Shown here one piece after another: positions 10,643-18,824 of a stretch of 64,000 bases of DNA. The stretch is from an uncultured Opitutia bacterium (GTDB lineage Bacteria > Verrucomicrobiota > Verrucomicrobiia > Opitutales > UBA953): positions 1,252 through 65,251 of the forward strand of contig CAILOT010000064.1 of the NCBI GenBank assembly GCA_903835965.1, written 5' to 3'. Made by a program: the position numbers and the translations under genes. Numbering within the stretch: position 1 is the stretch's first letter; each line of letters opens with the position of its first letter. The notes beneath the pieces are model-generated. The model was not told where the DNA came from and ran no database searches. It worked only from the letters and a program-made list of their open reading frames with translations.

Positions 10643-12004
10643 TTAGCTTAATCGCTTCAGTTCACCCGTGCTATCGCCAAACTGAACGTCGCGGATGTCC
10701 ATGCGGTTTAACATGCTGACCCAGAGATTATTAATCGGTGTCTCCTTCTGGTACACAATATGCCGACCTTGCCGAATGGTACCGCAACCCCGACCCGCAA
10801 GCAAGACGGGCAAGTCATCGTGATTATGTCGGTCGCCATCGCCGTTACCGCTGCCGTAGACAATCATTGAATGGTCCAGCAGGTTGCCATCCCCTTCCTT
10901 CACCGATTTCAACCGAGTCAGGAAATACGCCAGGTGGGTCGAGTGGAATTTATTGATATCCTGGATCTTCGACAGCTTCGCGGCATCGTTGCCGTGGTGC
11001 GAAAGGTTGTGGTGCCCTTCGCGGACATTGATGAAGGGGTATGATCGGTTGCTACCTTCGTTCGCGAAGACAAACGAACAGATGCGGGTGGTGTCCGTTT
11101 GGAACGCCAACACGACCAAGTCCGCCAGGAGCTTAAGGTGCTCAGCATAGCTTTCTGGAATACCTTTTGGCATACGGGCACCGGGCGGAAGCTGGGGCTT
11201 GCCCATCGTCCCTGATTTCTGGATGCGCAATTCAAGCTCCCGTACCGCCGTAAAATATTCATCGAGCTTACGCTGGTCTTGGACGCCCAGCCGGATGTTA
11301 AGTTCTCGGAAGTCATCACGCACCGCATCGAGTACGCTCTTTCGCTGCGTCTCTCGCTGGGCACGCTCGATGGTCGTACCGGAGCCGAAAAGCCGCTCAA
11401 AGATTAAGGCAGGATTCACCTCTTTGGGCATCGGCTGCGAAGCGGAACGCCAAGAAAGATTAGATTCGTAGATGCAGCTGTAACCCGAGTCGCAACCGCC
11501 CGCAAGTTTACTGGCGTCGGCACCGATTTCCAGCGAAGCCAAGCGGGTACGATCGCCCATGCGCGAAGCGGCCAGCTGGTCGGCGGAGATGCCTACTCGG
11601 ATATTCGCGCCGTCGGTCTTCCGCGGCTGTGCTCCGGTCAAATAGGCGCTCATCGCCCGGGCGTGGTCGCCGCCGCCGTCGCCATGCGAACGAGCCTTGT
11701 CGGCGGTCAATCCAGTCAGGATCGAAAAATCGCTCTTCAATTCCGCCAAAGGCTCGAGGATCGGAGGCAGTTTGGAGGGCAGCACGCCATCGGAGGTGGC
11801 AGATCGATTGACGCGCCAGCCGTCCATGTTCACGCCGTTCGGCACATAAATATAGGCCATGCGATTAGGCGCGGCCTTGGCAACCGGGGTATTTCCAGCC
11901 GCCCAGCTCGTCTGCATGCCCATCGCCTCAAGCCACGGTAAAGCCATGGCGACGCCCATGCCCTTGAGGATGGTACGGCGCTTTATCTGCTGGTCTGATT
12001 TCAT
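10643..12004 (-). CDS. DUF1552 domain protein (Tat signal)
   Basis: KRRTILKGMGVAMALPWLEAMG signal, then GDGGGDHARAMS, HHNLSHHG and GDGDRHNHDDLP blocks typical of DUF1552. I prefer the start at ATG 12004 (MKSDQQ), which lies 4 nt after the upstream stop. The ORF track extends it to 12043. Confidence 0.8.
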   Translation of the reverse strand: MKSDQQIKRRTILKGMGVAMALPWLEAMGMQTSWAAGNTPVAKAAPNRMAYIYVPNGVNMDGWRVNRSATSDGVLPSKLPPILEPLAELKSDFSILTGLTADKARSHGDGGGDHARAMSAYLTGAQPRKTDGANIRVGISADQLAASRMGDRTRLASLEIGADASKLAGGCDSGYSCIYESNLSWRSASQPMPKEVNPALIFERLFGSGTTIERAQRETQRKSVLDAVRDDFRELNIRLGVQDQRKLDEYFTAVRELELRIQKSGTMGKPQLPPGARMPKGIPESYAEHLKLLADLVVLAFQTDTTRICSFVFANEGSNRSYPFINVREGHHNLSHHGNDAAKLSKIQDINKFHSTHLAYFLTRLKSVKEGDGNLLDHSMIVYGSGNGDGDRHNHDDLPVLLAGRGCGTIRQGRHIVYQKETPINNLWVSMLNRMDIRDVQFGDSTGELKRLS

Positions 12005-12008
12005 GGGG

Positions 12009-14330
12009 CTATTTCTTCTTAATGGTTTCTGACCCGTTTTCAACCTGTGATGTTCCCCGCCGGAGGCGGAAAGGGTCGCTGAGCACGACGCCTAAGACCA
12101 AGGCGGAGATATGATTTCCGCCTTTGGCAGTTGCTTCAGCAATATGATCCAAGGCGGGCTCGTCATAGAACTCCAAGCCGCGGCCCAAGCCGTAAGTCAG
12201 GAGCTTAGCTGAGAGATTGCGGACATAACGGGCCTGATCGTCCTTCAAGATGGCCTTCAGCTGCGTGGCACCCTTGAAAGTGCGACCGTCGGGCAACTTT
12301 CCAGAGGTGTCGATCGGTCCACCATCATCCACGGTGCGGCTCTGCCCGATCGCATCGAATTTTTCGAAGGCGAAGCCGATGGCGTCCATCCGGGTATGAC
12401 ACGACGCACAGGTCGAATCGGCGCGATGCTGCTCCATCCGTTGGCGCAGCGTGCCCGCCAGTTTATGCTGCGATTCGAGCGACGCGATAGCGGGCGGCGC
12501 GGGTGGCGGAGGTGAACCAAGAATCTGCTCCAGGATCCACTTGCCACGTTTGACCGGCGAGGTGCGGTCCGGGTTCGAGGTGGCCGTCAAGATGCTCGCC
12601 TGCGTCAGGACGCCGCCGCGTTCGCCTGCCGGAAGCTGAATGCGCAGGAATTCTCCCTGATCGCGACCGCGGCTGAATGCGGTGACGTTAATTTTATAAA
12701 GAGACGCGAGGGAGCGATTAACGTAAGTGAAATCAGCATCGATGATATCTAAGACATTGCGATCGTCTCGGACGATCTCGGTCAAGAAAAGTTCCGTCTC
12801 GCGCACCATTGCCGCTCGCAGGTTTTCGTTGAACAACGGGAACTGCGTCGTGTCCGGCGAGACCGTCGCAAGTCGACGGACCTGAAGCCATTGCAAGCCG
12901 AAGCCGGTCACGAGGTATTGCGAGCGCGGATCGCGCAACATGCGCTTGGCCTGCGCCTCAAGTTCACCGCTTAACTTTTTATTGGCCGCCAAGGCAAATA
13001 GCTCTTCGTCCGGCAGCGAGCCCCAGAGGAAATAACTGAGCCGGGAGGCCAGAGCGAATTCGCCCACGGGGTGGGCGTCTTTGGCGGTCGGTTGCTCATC
13101 CTGCTCCGCCCGGAAGATGAATTTCGGCGAGGCGAGGACGACGGCGATCATCGCGCGCGCGCCGGCCTCCCAGGAGCCGCCGGCTTTTTCAGCTTCGTTA
13201 AAGACACGCTCATACCGCTGCGCTTCGGCGACGGTGGCCGGACGACGGAAGGCCCGGCTGACAAACCAATTAACGATGAACTGGGACCGCGCCGTCGTCG
13301 TCTTGCCTTCGATCATGGCGCTCAGGCGCCGCTGCAGGTCCGTCCGCGTATCGAGTGGGCCAAGCAGTCGTAAACGCAATCCAGATAAGGTCCGCGTCGC
13401 CGTCGCCGGCTTTTCGGGAGCGTTCAACCACGTCAGCGTGAAGTTATGTTTCCCCTGCTTGATTGTGGTCTTAACCTCGGCCATTTCAGATTTTACCGCT
13501 GTCTTGAAAGCGTAGACTCCGACCTCGACGCCATCCACCAGGAAGGAGACCTTGGGCGGCGGATCGCCGACACTCCCGGTCGCGCGTAAACGTACGGAGA
13601 TCAAGTAGTCGCCGTCTCGCGGGACCTCCATGGCGCCGGACATCGAAGCCGTGGGGTTGAAGTACCGTTGCTGTTGAACATTCTTTCCTCGCGGAAGCAT
13701 GTCCATCATCGCGAAGCCTGTGCCATCAGGTTCATTGGGGGCCGTCGGCATCGCCTTACCGGCGACTAATTCTCCGGCGGCGATATATCGTTCAAGGTGG
13801 ACGGGAGAAAACGACAGCACGTCGCCGATATTATCGAAACCATAGCCCGTGTCGTCCGCCGGGAAGTCCATCGAGAAATTTCCGTCTACCAGACAAAGGT
13901 CTCGAATAGTATTATTATATTCCGGGCGATTGAGCCGCCGAATCGTCACTGAGCCGGGGTCGACCTTAGTCCGGAGTTGCGCGCGATAAACCAAACCGTG
14001 CACCTCGCGCTGCAGCTGCTCGATTTCGGCAAGCGAGGGCCGAACCTTTTTCTTAGCCGGTGGCATCTCGCCGACCGTTACTTGATTGAGCACTTCGCGC
14101 CAAAGCCTCTGCTGCGGGAACATCTGGCGGTCGTCCTGGATGGCTTCGAAATTGATCTCTCCCTTGGCCAGATCATTGCCGTGACATTCGTAACAATATT
14201 TATCCAGGAAGGGTTTGATGCCTTTTTGAAAATCCTGACCGGAGGCCGAGCCACTCCCAAGCACCCAAGCCACCAGCCAACCCAGCAGGAGAGCGGGTCG
14301 CCATTGGAGGCCTTGAGCGGGGCATAACAT
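12009..14330 (-). CDS. DUF1592/DUF1588/DUF1585-type protein with cytochrome-c-like motifs (usual partner of DUF1552)
   Basis: 773 aa. Signal peptide. CYECHGNDLAKGE and CASCHTRMD (two CxxCH motifs). Immediately upstream of the DUF1552 gene, as in Planctomycetes and Verrucomicrobia. Confidence 0.8.
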   Translation of the reverse strand: MLCPAQGLQWRPALLLGWLVAWVLGSGSASGQDFQKGIKPFLDKYCYECHGNDLAKGEINFEAIQDDRQMFPQQRLWREVLNQVTVGEMPPAKKKVRPSLAEIEQLQREVHGLVYRAQLRTKVDPGSVTIRRLNRPEYNNTIRDLCLVDGNFSMDFPADDTGYGFDNIGDVLSFSPVHLERYIAAGELVAGKAMPTAPNEPDGTGFAMMDMLPRGKNVQQQRYFNPTASMSGAMEVPRDGDYLISVRLRATGSVGDPPPKVSFLVDGVEVGVYAFKTAVKSEMAEVKTTIKQGKHNFTLTWLNAPEKPATATRTLSGLRLRLLGPLDTRTDLQRRLSAMIEGKTTTARSQFIVNWFVSRAFRRPATVAEAQRYERVFNEAEKAGGSWEAGARAMIAVVLASPKFIFRAEQDEQPTAKDAHPVGEFALASRLSYFLWGSLPDEELFALAANKKLSGELEAQAKRMLRDPRSQYLVTGFGLQWLQVRRLATVSPDTTQFPLFNENLRAAMVRETELFLTEIVRDDRNVLDIIDADFTYVNRSLASLYKINVTAFSRGRDQGEFLRIQLPAGERGGVLTQASILTATSNPDRTSPVKRGKWILEQILGSPPPPAPPAIASLESQHKLAGTLRQRMEQHRADSTCASCHTRMDAIGFAFEKFDAIGQSRTVDDGGPIDTSGKLPDGRTFKGATQLKAILKDDQARYVRNLSAKLLTYGLGRGLEFYDEPALDHIAEATAKGGNHISALVLGVVLSDPFRLRRGTSQVENGSETIKKK

Positions 14331-14625
14331 AGGAAATTAAAGACAGAACAGGCGGGCGAAGGTTGCAATCTCCAGGGGGTGATTTGTCTAAAAGACCCAA
14401 ATTTGGTTTTTATTATGCAAATATCTATCTATTAACTATTTATGAAATATTTTGTTTAAATTTTGGCCAGTTAAGTCGCATTTTCATATTTTCGAGCCCG
14501 TTTTCGGCTCACTTCCTTTCATTTAAACTGCCATTAGCTCCGTTAAAGCCGAGAATGGACAAGAAGTTACGAAACCAAACACTGGGTTTGGTGTTCTAAA
14601 GAATACCACCCCGACCCCCTTCCTG

Positions 14626-15282
14626 ATGCCCCTCTCTCATAGACAGACCATTCTTAGCCTGCTAGCAGGTCTTACCTTTTTAAGCACGGCCAACACCCTG
14701 CATGCTATCGACCTCGAAGGGCTGGTAAAAAATTCCCCCTTTGGAGAATCAAAAGGAGGCGCCGTCGCCAATGCCAAACCCGGCACCCTCGAATTCCGGG
14801 GAATGTACGCCGATAATGGCGTCACTTATTTCAGCATTTATAATTCTGTTACAAAACAATCCAACTGGGTGCCCCAAGGGGAGGCGCAAGGCGGGTCCAT
14901 TCCGTTTTCAATTAAAAGCTTTGATCCGGATAATGAATCCGTCGTGATCGATAACGGCGGGCAAGATATCAGCCTACAATTACACCAAGCCACGGTTGTC
15001 CCCTACACCGGCGCCCAGGCGCCCGTGGCGGCCGCAGCTCCGGCCGGCGGCGCCTCCGTACCAGGAGCGTTGAACAACGGCCAACCACCTTCGGCGGAAC
15101 AGATTCAGGCTTTTCGCGACGAGATGCGTCGTCGCTTTGGCGATCGCGGCCCAGGTGGTCCAGGCGGCGAAGTGGTGGCCGCGCCTGTCGCCAAACCCTC
15201 TAAAGCCTCCAAGGCCGAAGCGGCGGCGGCGAAGCCCACCTCTGCTACCCCTCGGGTCAAGACTCCTAAAACCAAACAGTAA
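14626..15282 (+). CDS. secreted protein of unknown function; possible GspC/PilP-like secretin-interacting component
   Basis: 218 aa. Signal peptide (LLAGLTFLSTANTLHA). Beta-rich core LEFRGMYADNGVTYFSIYNSV...FSIKSFDPDNESVVIDNGGQDISLQL, whose pattern resembles PilP/GspC HR domains. Ala/Pro/Lys-rich tail. It is the first gene of the pseudopilin operon. Confidence 0.5.
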   Translation: MPLSHRQTILSLLAGLTFLSTANTLHAIDLEGLVKNSPFGESKGGAVANAKPGTLEFRGMYADNGVTYFSIYNSVTKQSNWVPQGEAQGGSIPFSIKSFDPDNESVVIDNGGQDISLQLHQATVVPYTGAQAPVAAAAPAGGASVPGALNNGQPPSAEQIQAFRDEMRRRFGDRGPGGPGGEVVAAPVAKPSKASKAEAAAAKPTSATPRVKTPKTKQ

Positions 15283-15300
15283 TCTTCTTATCCTCTTTTC

Positions 15301-15747
15301 ATGAATACTCCTAAGACGCCCGCCGTGCGCCACCTGCGCAAAGGCTTCACTCTGCTCGAAATCCTCATCGCCGTCGCGATCGTCGGCATGCTGGTCGGCC
15401 TTGCGGTAACGAATACCGACAAGATCCTGGGCCAAAGCCAGGAAGGTGTCGCCAAATTGTTCGTCAATGAATCGCTGAAGACCTCCCTGGTGCGTTACCG
15501 CATCGACATGGGAGACTATCCTTCAAGCGATGAAGGCATCAAGTCGCTGATCGTCGCGCCCGAAGGCAAGGCCGATCGCTGGCGCGGCCCTTACATGGAA
15601 GCCAAAGGAGGCCGCACTCCGGTCGACCCTTGGAACGAAGAGTACCAATACCGCTACCCTGGCACGCATAACACCGAAAGTTATGATTTATTTTCGAAAG
15701 GCCGGGACAAACAGCCTGACACTGCGGACGATATCGGCAACTGGTGA
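15301..15747 (+). CDS. gspG: type II secretion system major pseudopilin GspG
   Basis: 148 aa. Prepilin leader and cleavage motif KG/FTLLEILIAVAIVG. C-terminal DPWNEEYQYRYPG...YDLFSKGRDKQPDTADDIGNW is characteristic of GspG. Confidence 0.9.
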   Translation: MNTPKTPAVRHLRKGFTLLEILIAVAIVGMLVGLAVTNTDKILGQSQEGVAKLFVNESLKTSLVRYRIDMGDYPSSDEGIKSLIVAPEGKADRWRGPYMEAKGGRTPVDPWNEEYQYRYPGTHNTESYDLFSKGRDKQPDTADDIGNW

Positions 15748-16265
15748 AGGAGTCCCTTCAGTCACCCACCGGCAAGCCGGCTCGAAGCGGCTTCACCCTC
15801 CTGGAAACGCTCCTCGTGATTGGCCTGATGAGCATGCTCGCGGCCGTCTTGATCGGCGGCTCCGCGTCGCTGCTTAAAGGCACGGCCCGCTCCGATCCGG
15901 AAGACGCTCTCTTGGCGTTGATGCAAAAACTTCGGCGCGAGGCCGTGGAACAAGCACAGACCATCGAGCTTATTCCGGTCAGAAAAACCGAAGGTGAAGA
16001 AGGCGCCGACTTCACTTGGGGCGAAGATCATGAAGAGACGCTCCCGGTTCAGGCAGGGGTCTCCGTCAAAATTATCGGCCCAGAAGTCGGAGGAGCCATC
16101 CTCCTCGGCGGCCTTGAGACCGAAAGTCCCGTAGCCCGGTTGCGATTCTATTCGGATGGCACCTGCGACCGCGTCCGGCTCGAAATCGTCCGGAATGAAA
16201 ATCGTCGCATCACGCCGATCGACCCCCTCACTTGTGCTCCGCTGCCGGCGGTAGATGCCAAATGA
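15744..16265 (+). CDS. gspH: minor pseudopilin, GspH-like
   Basis: 173 aa. SG/FTLLETLLVIGLMSMLAAV prepilin N-terminus. 4-nt overlap with gspG. Assigned by position and size. Confidence 0.65.
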   Translation: MKESLQSPTGKPARSGFTLLETLLVIGLMSMLAAVLIGGSASLLKGTARSDPEDALLALMQKLRREAVEQAQTIELIPVRKTEGEEGADFTWGEDHEETLPVQAGVSVKIIGPEVGGAILLGGLETESPVARLRFYSDGTCDRVRLEIVRNENRRITPIDPLTCAPLPAVDAK

Positions 16266-16951
16266 AGACCCGCGGCTTCACCCTCATCGAGGTCCTTGTC
16301 AGCCTCGCGATCTTTGCCCTCGCCGCGGTTGGATTAGGCTCAGCCTATTCCAACGTGCTACTCGGACGGATGGCTTTAAAACAAAACTCTACCGAGCTGG
16401 AAGATATGGCGCGCGCCCGGGCGGCCCTGATGGAAGCAGCCAACTTCGAAGACGCCGAAGGCGGCGGCGACATCCATCTGCCGGGTAATCGCACGGCTCG
16501 CTGGAAATCAAAAATCGAACCTACTTCCGTCAGCGACCTGTTTAGCGTCGTCTTGACCGTAGAAATCCAAGCCGAAGAAAATGGCGAATATTCGCCCGAG
16601 AAGACGGAGGCCCGCCTGCTGTTACGCCCGACGTGGTCGGTGCCGGCCGATCGCACTAAGATTCGCGACGAGGCCAGGCAGAAGCTCGAACGCGAACGCG
16701 GCTATACTGAGTCCAACGGCAACTCCAGTTTCATCAGTAAAGCGACTTCACCCAAAGGCACCAACACCGCCGGAGGCAAGGGCAACACGCCCCCAGGCAA
16801 GGGTACAAATAACGGCAAAGGCAGTAACAACGGTAAAGGTACGAATAACGGCAGCGGCAAAGGCAATAACAACGGTGGCGGGAAAAACGGCGGAGCAACG
16901 CCGCCACCGGCACCGAAAGGCGGAGGAGGCGCACCCAAATCTGTCCAATGA
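16262..16951 (+). CDS. gspI: minor pseudopilin, GspI-like, with a long Gly/Asn/Lys repeat tail
   Basis: Start at MKTRG/FTLIEVLVSLAIFALAAVG, with an ATGA overlap on the gspH-like stop. The ORF track begins 30 nt earlier. The C-terminal ~80 aa are GKGTNNGKGSNNGKGTNNGSGKGNNNGGGKNGG... Confidence 0.65.
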   Translation: MKTRGFTLIEVLVSLAIFALAAVGLGSAYSNVLLGRMALKQNSTELEDMARARAALMEAANFEDAEGGGDIHLPGNRTARWKSKIEPTSVSDLFSVVLTVEIQAEENGEYSPEKTEARLLLRPTWSVPADRTKIRDEARQKLERERGYTESNGNSSFISKATSPKGTNTAGGKGNTPPGKGTNNGKGSNNGKGTNNGSGKGNNNGGGKNGGATPPPAPKGGGGAPKSVQ

Positions 16952-17598
16952 AATCCGCCACGCCTCCGTCTCGCCGTGCCTTCACGCTCCTTGAGACGCT
17001 CGTTTCCTTGGCCCTCTTGGGCGTGCTGATGGTCACGCTTAATACTTTCTTGTTCTCGATGAGCGAACTCTGGGGCGACCGCCGAGATCAGCGGCTCTTC
17101 GACCAACACGTGAAAGCGGGCACGCGGCTCTTACGCGAAACCTTCGACGCCGCCACAATCGGCCCTGGGGCGACCGGCGTCGTCATCAAAGATACTCGCT
17201 CCGGCAACGGTACGACCGAACCTCGACTGGCTTTCTTGCTCGCCGACGCCGGCCGTCTGGCCGACTGGCCCGCCACGCCTCTTCCCGACGTAGATTTCTC
17301 CCTCTACATGGAAGCGGAGAAAGGTCTCGTGCTCCAGTGGCAGTCGCGACTGGAAATCGAACGAGATACCAACGACCTCCACGAGACCATCATTTCGCCT
17401 TTCGTCACTGCGATCCATTACGAATATTATGACGCGACCTTAAAGACTTGGAGCGTAGAAGACGAGCCGAAGCAAAACGACGGCAGCACGGCCTGGTTGC
17501 AGCCGGCGCGCATCCACCTCGACTTCGCGCGCGGGTCGCTCAAATCGACGGCGGTCATTGACATGCCCATCAAGCGATCTGGCGCTTCACGACCATGA
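16948..17598 (+). CDS. gspJ: minor pseudopilin, GspJ-like
   Basis: 216 aa. RA/FTLLETLVSLALLGVLMV prepilin-like N-terminus. Position between the I-like and K-like genes. Confidence 0.6.
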   Translation: MKSATPPSRRAFTLLETLVSLALLGVLMVTLNTFLFSMSELWGDRRDQRLFDQHVKAGTRLLRETFDAATIGPGATGVVIKDTRSGNGTTEPRLAFLLADAGRLADWPATPLPDVDFSLYMEAEKGLVLQWQSRLEIERDTNDLHETIISPFVTAIHYEYYDATLKTWSVEDEPKQNDGSTAWLQPARIHLDFARGSLKSTAVIDMPIKRSGASRP

Positions 17599-18824
17599 AG
17601 CAACGGCGTCGCGGTTCCGTCATCGTAGTCGTCTTGGTGCTGATCACCTTGGCATCCCTGCTCTTGGGGCGGTTCATGGAAGACAACTCCCTTGAACTCT
17701 CCATGATTACCCACGAGGCCGACAAGCGTCGCCTCCGGGCCGATGCCCAGTCGGAACTGGAACTTGCCATCGCCGTCATCGCCGAGATTCGCTCCATCGA
17801 CCTGAATAAGATTCATGCCGTCTCCCAGGGCTTTGAGGATCCCCACGCTTACGCCGGCTTCCCGCCCCGCGAAGGCCTTGAAGTGACTTTTGAGTTCGAG
17901 GACGAAAGTTCGAAGCTCTCTCTCAGCACGACGGACAAGAACGGGCTGATCCAGCTTCTTTACTCCCTCGGCCAAGAACAGCGCGATGCGGAACGCGTGG
18001 CGGACGCCATCGTCGCCTGGACGAGCAAAAAATATGAGTCCATCGAGGAAGAGGCGACCGATGCCGCCTACGAGCGCGCCACTTTATCCCATCGCCCCGC
18101 CCGGCGGCCGATCCGCAACTTCGAAGAATTCCGCACCATCGGTGTCGCCAAAGAATTCTTCTTCGACGAAGAAGGCCGGCCCACCCCGCTGTTCGAAGCC
18201 TTCAAGGGGTGCGTGAGCCTCTACACGTTCGACCGATGTAATATTAATACCGCTTCCGATGCCGTCATCCTCTCCCAAGGCCTCGACGACAAACAGTTGG
18301 CCATCATCCGCGAACGGCAGGCAACGGACAGCAAGCGGATCGCGGGGACTCCCCCTTATTTCCGCGTAACCAGCGAAGTTCGGCAGATGGTGGGTGGAAA
18401 TGCCCCGCTTCAGCGTTTCGACGACGAAATTCAGATTCTTTGGGTACGTGCGACCGTCAAGGAAGGCCTCGCCCAGTGCCGGACCAGCGCCTTAGTCGCC
18501 ATCCGCTCCGACATCACGTTCACCGCCGCCGTGGCCGACCCCGAAACCTCCCCCTCGATTGACATCAAAGGCAGCACGAAGGCCCCAATTATCCCAAAAA
18601 CATCGGGAACCTCGACAGCCTCCGCAGGGTCGACTACATCAACGACCAAAGCAGCCGCAACCGCCACGACCACCCCAGGAGTCGAACCCCCGACTTCCCT
18701 TGGAAAATCCACGCTCGGCGGTCGAGCCTCCAGCAAGACCATCAATTACCCCTTTCAAATCCTCGCCTGGAACGAAGACAACGGCCCAGCGAAAAAAACC
18801 CAGACCCCTCCGCCCACTAAATGA
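17595..18824 (+). CDS. gspK: minor pseudopilin GspK-like with a Ser/Thr/Ala/Pro-rich C-terminal extension
   Basis: 409 aa. MKQRRRGSVIVVVLVLITLASLLLG (hydrophobic N-terminus without Glu+5, as in GspK). Helix-hairpin-helix-like central region (INTASDAVILSQGLDDKQLAIIRERQ). Confidence 0.7.
   Translation: MKQRRRGSVIVVVLVLITLASLLLGRFMEDNSLELSMITHEADKRRLRADAQSELELAIAVIAEIRSIDLNKIHAVSQGFEDPHAYAGFPPREGLEVTFEFEDESSKLSLSTTDKNGLIQLLYSLGQEQRDAERVADAIVAWTSKKYESIEEEATDAAYERATLSHRPARRPIRNFEEFRTIGVAKEFFFDEEGRPTPLFEAFKGCVSLYTFDRCNINTASDAVILSQGLDDKQLAIIRERQATDSKRIAGTPPYFRVTSEVRQMVGGNAPLQRFDDEIQILWVRATVKEGLAQCRTSALVAIRSDITFTAAVADPETSPSIDIKGSTKAPIIPKTSGTSTASAGSTTSTTKAAATATTTPGVEPPTSLGKSTLGGRASSKTINYPFQILAWNEDNGPAKKTQTPPPTK

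Noticed and set aside
14461-14480. TGGCCAgttaagTCGCA upstream of the T2SS operon was checked as a sigma-54 (-24/-12) promoter.
   Set aside because: The GG-to-GC spacing is one nucleotide longer than the TGGCAC-N5-TTGC consensus, and the -12 element is TCGC rather than TTGC. This is too weak to call.
16702-17109. A 135-aa minus-strand ORF, plus several others at 16734-17036 and 16748-16948, rich in P/L/G repeats.
   Set aside because: These are antisense or alternative-frame readings of the GKG(T/S)NN tandem-repeat coding region of the GspI-like gene. The repeat keeps all frames open.
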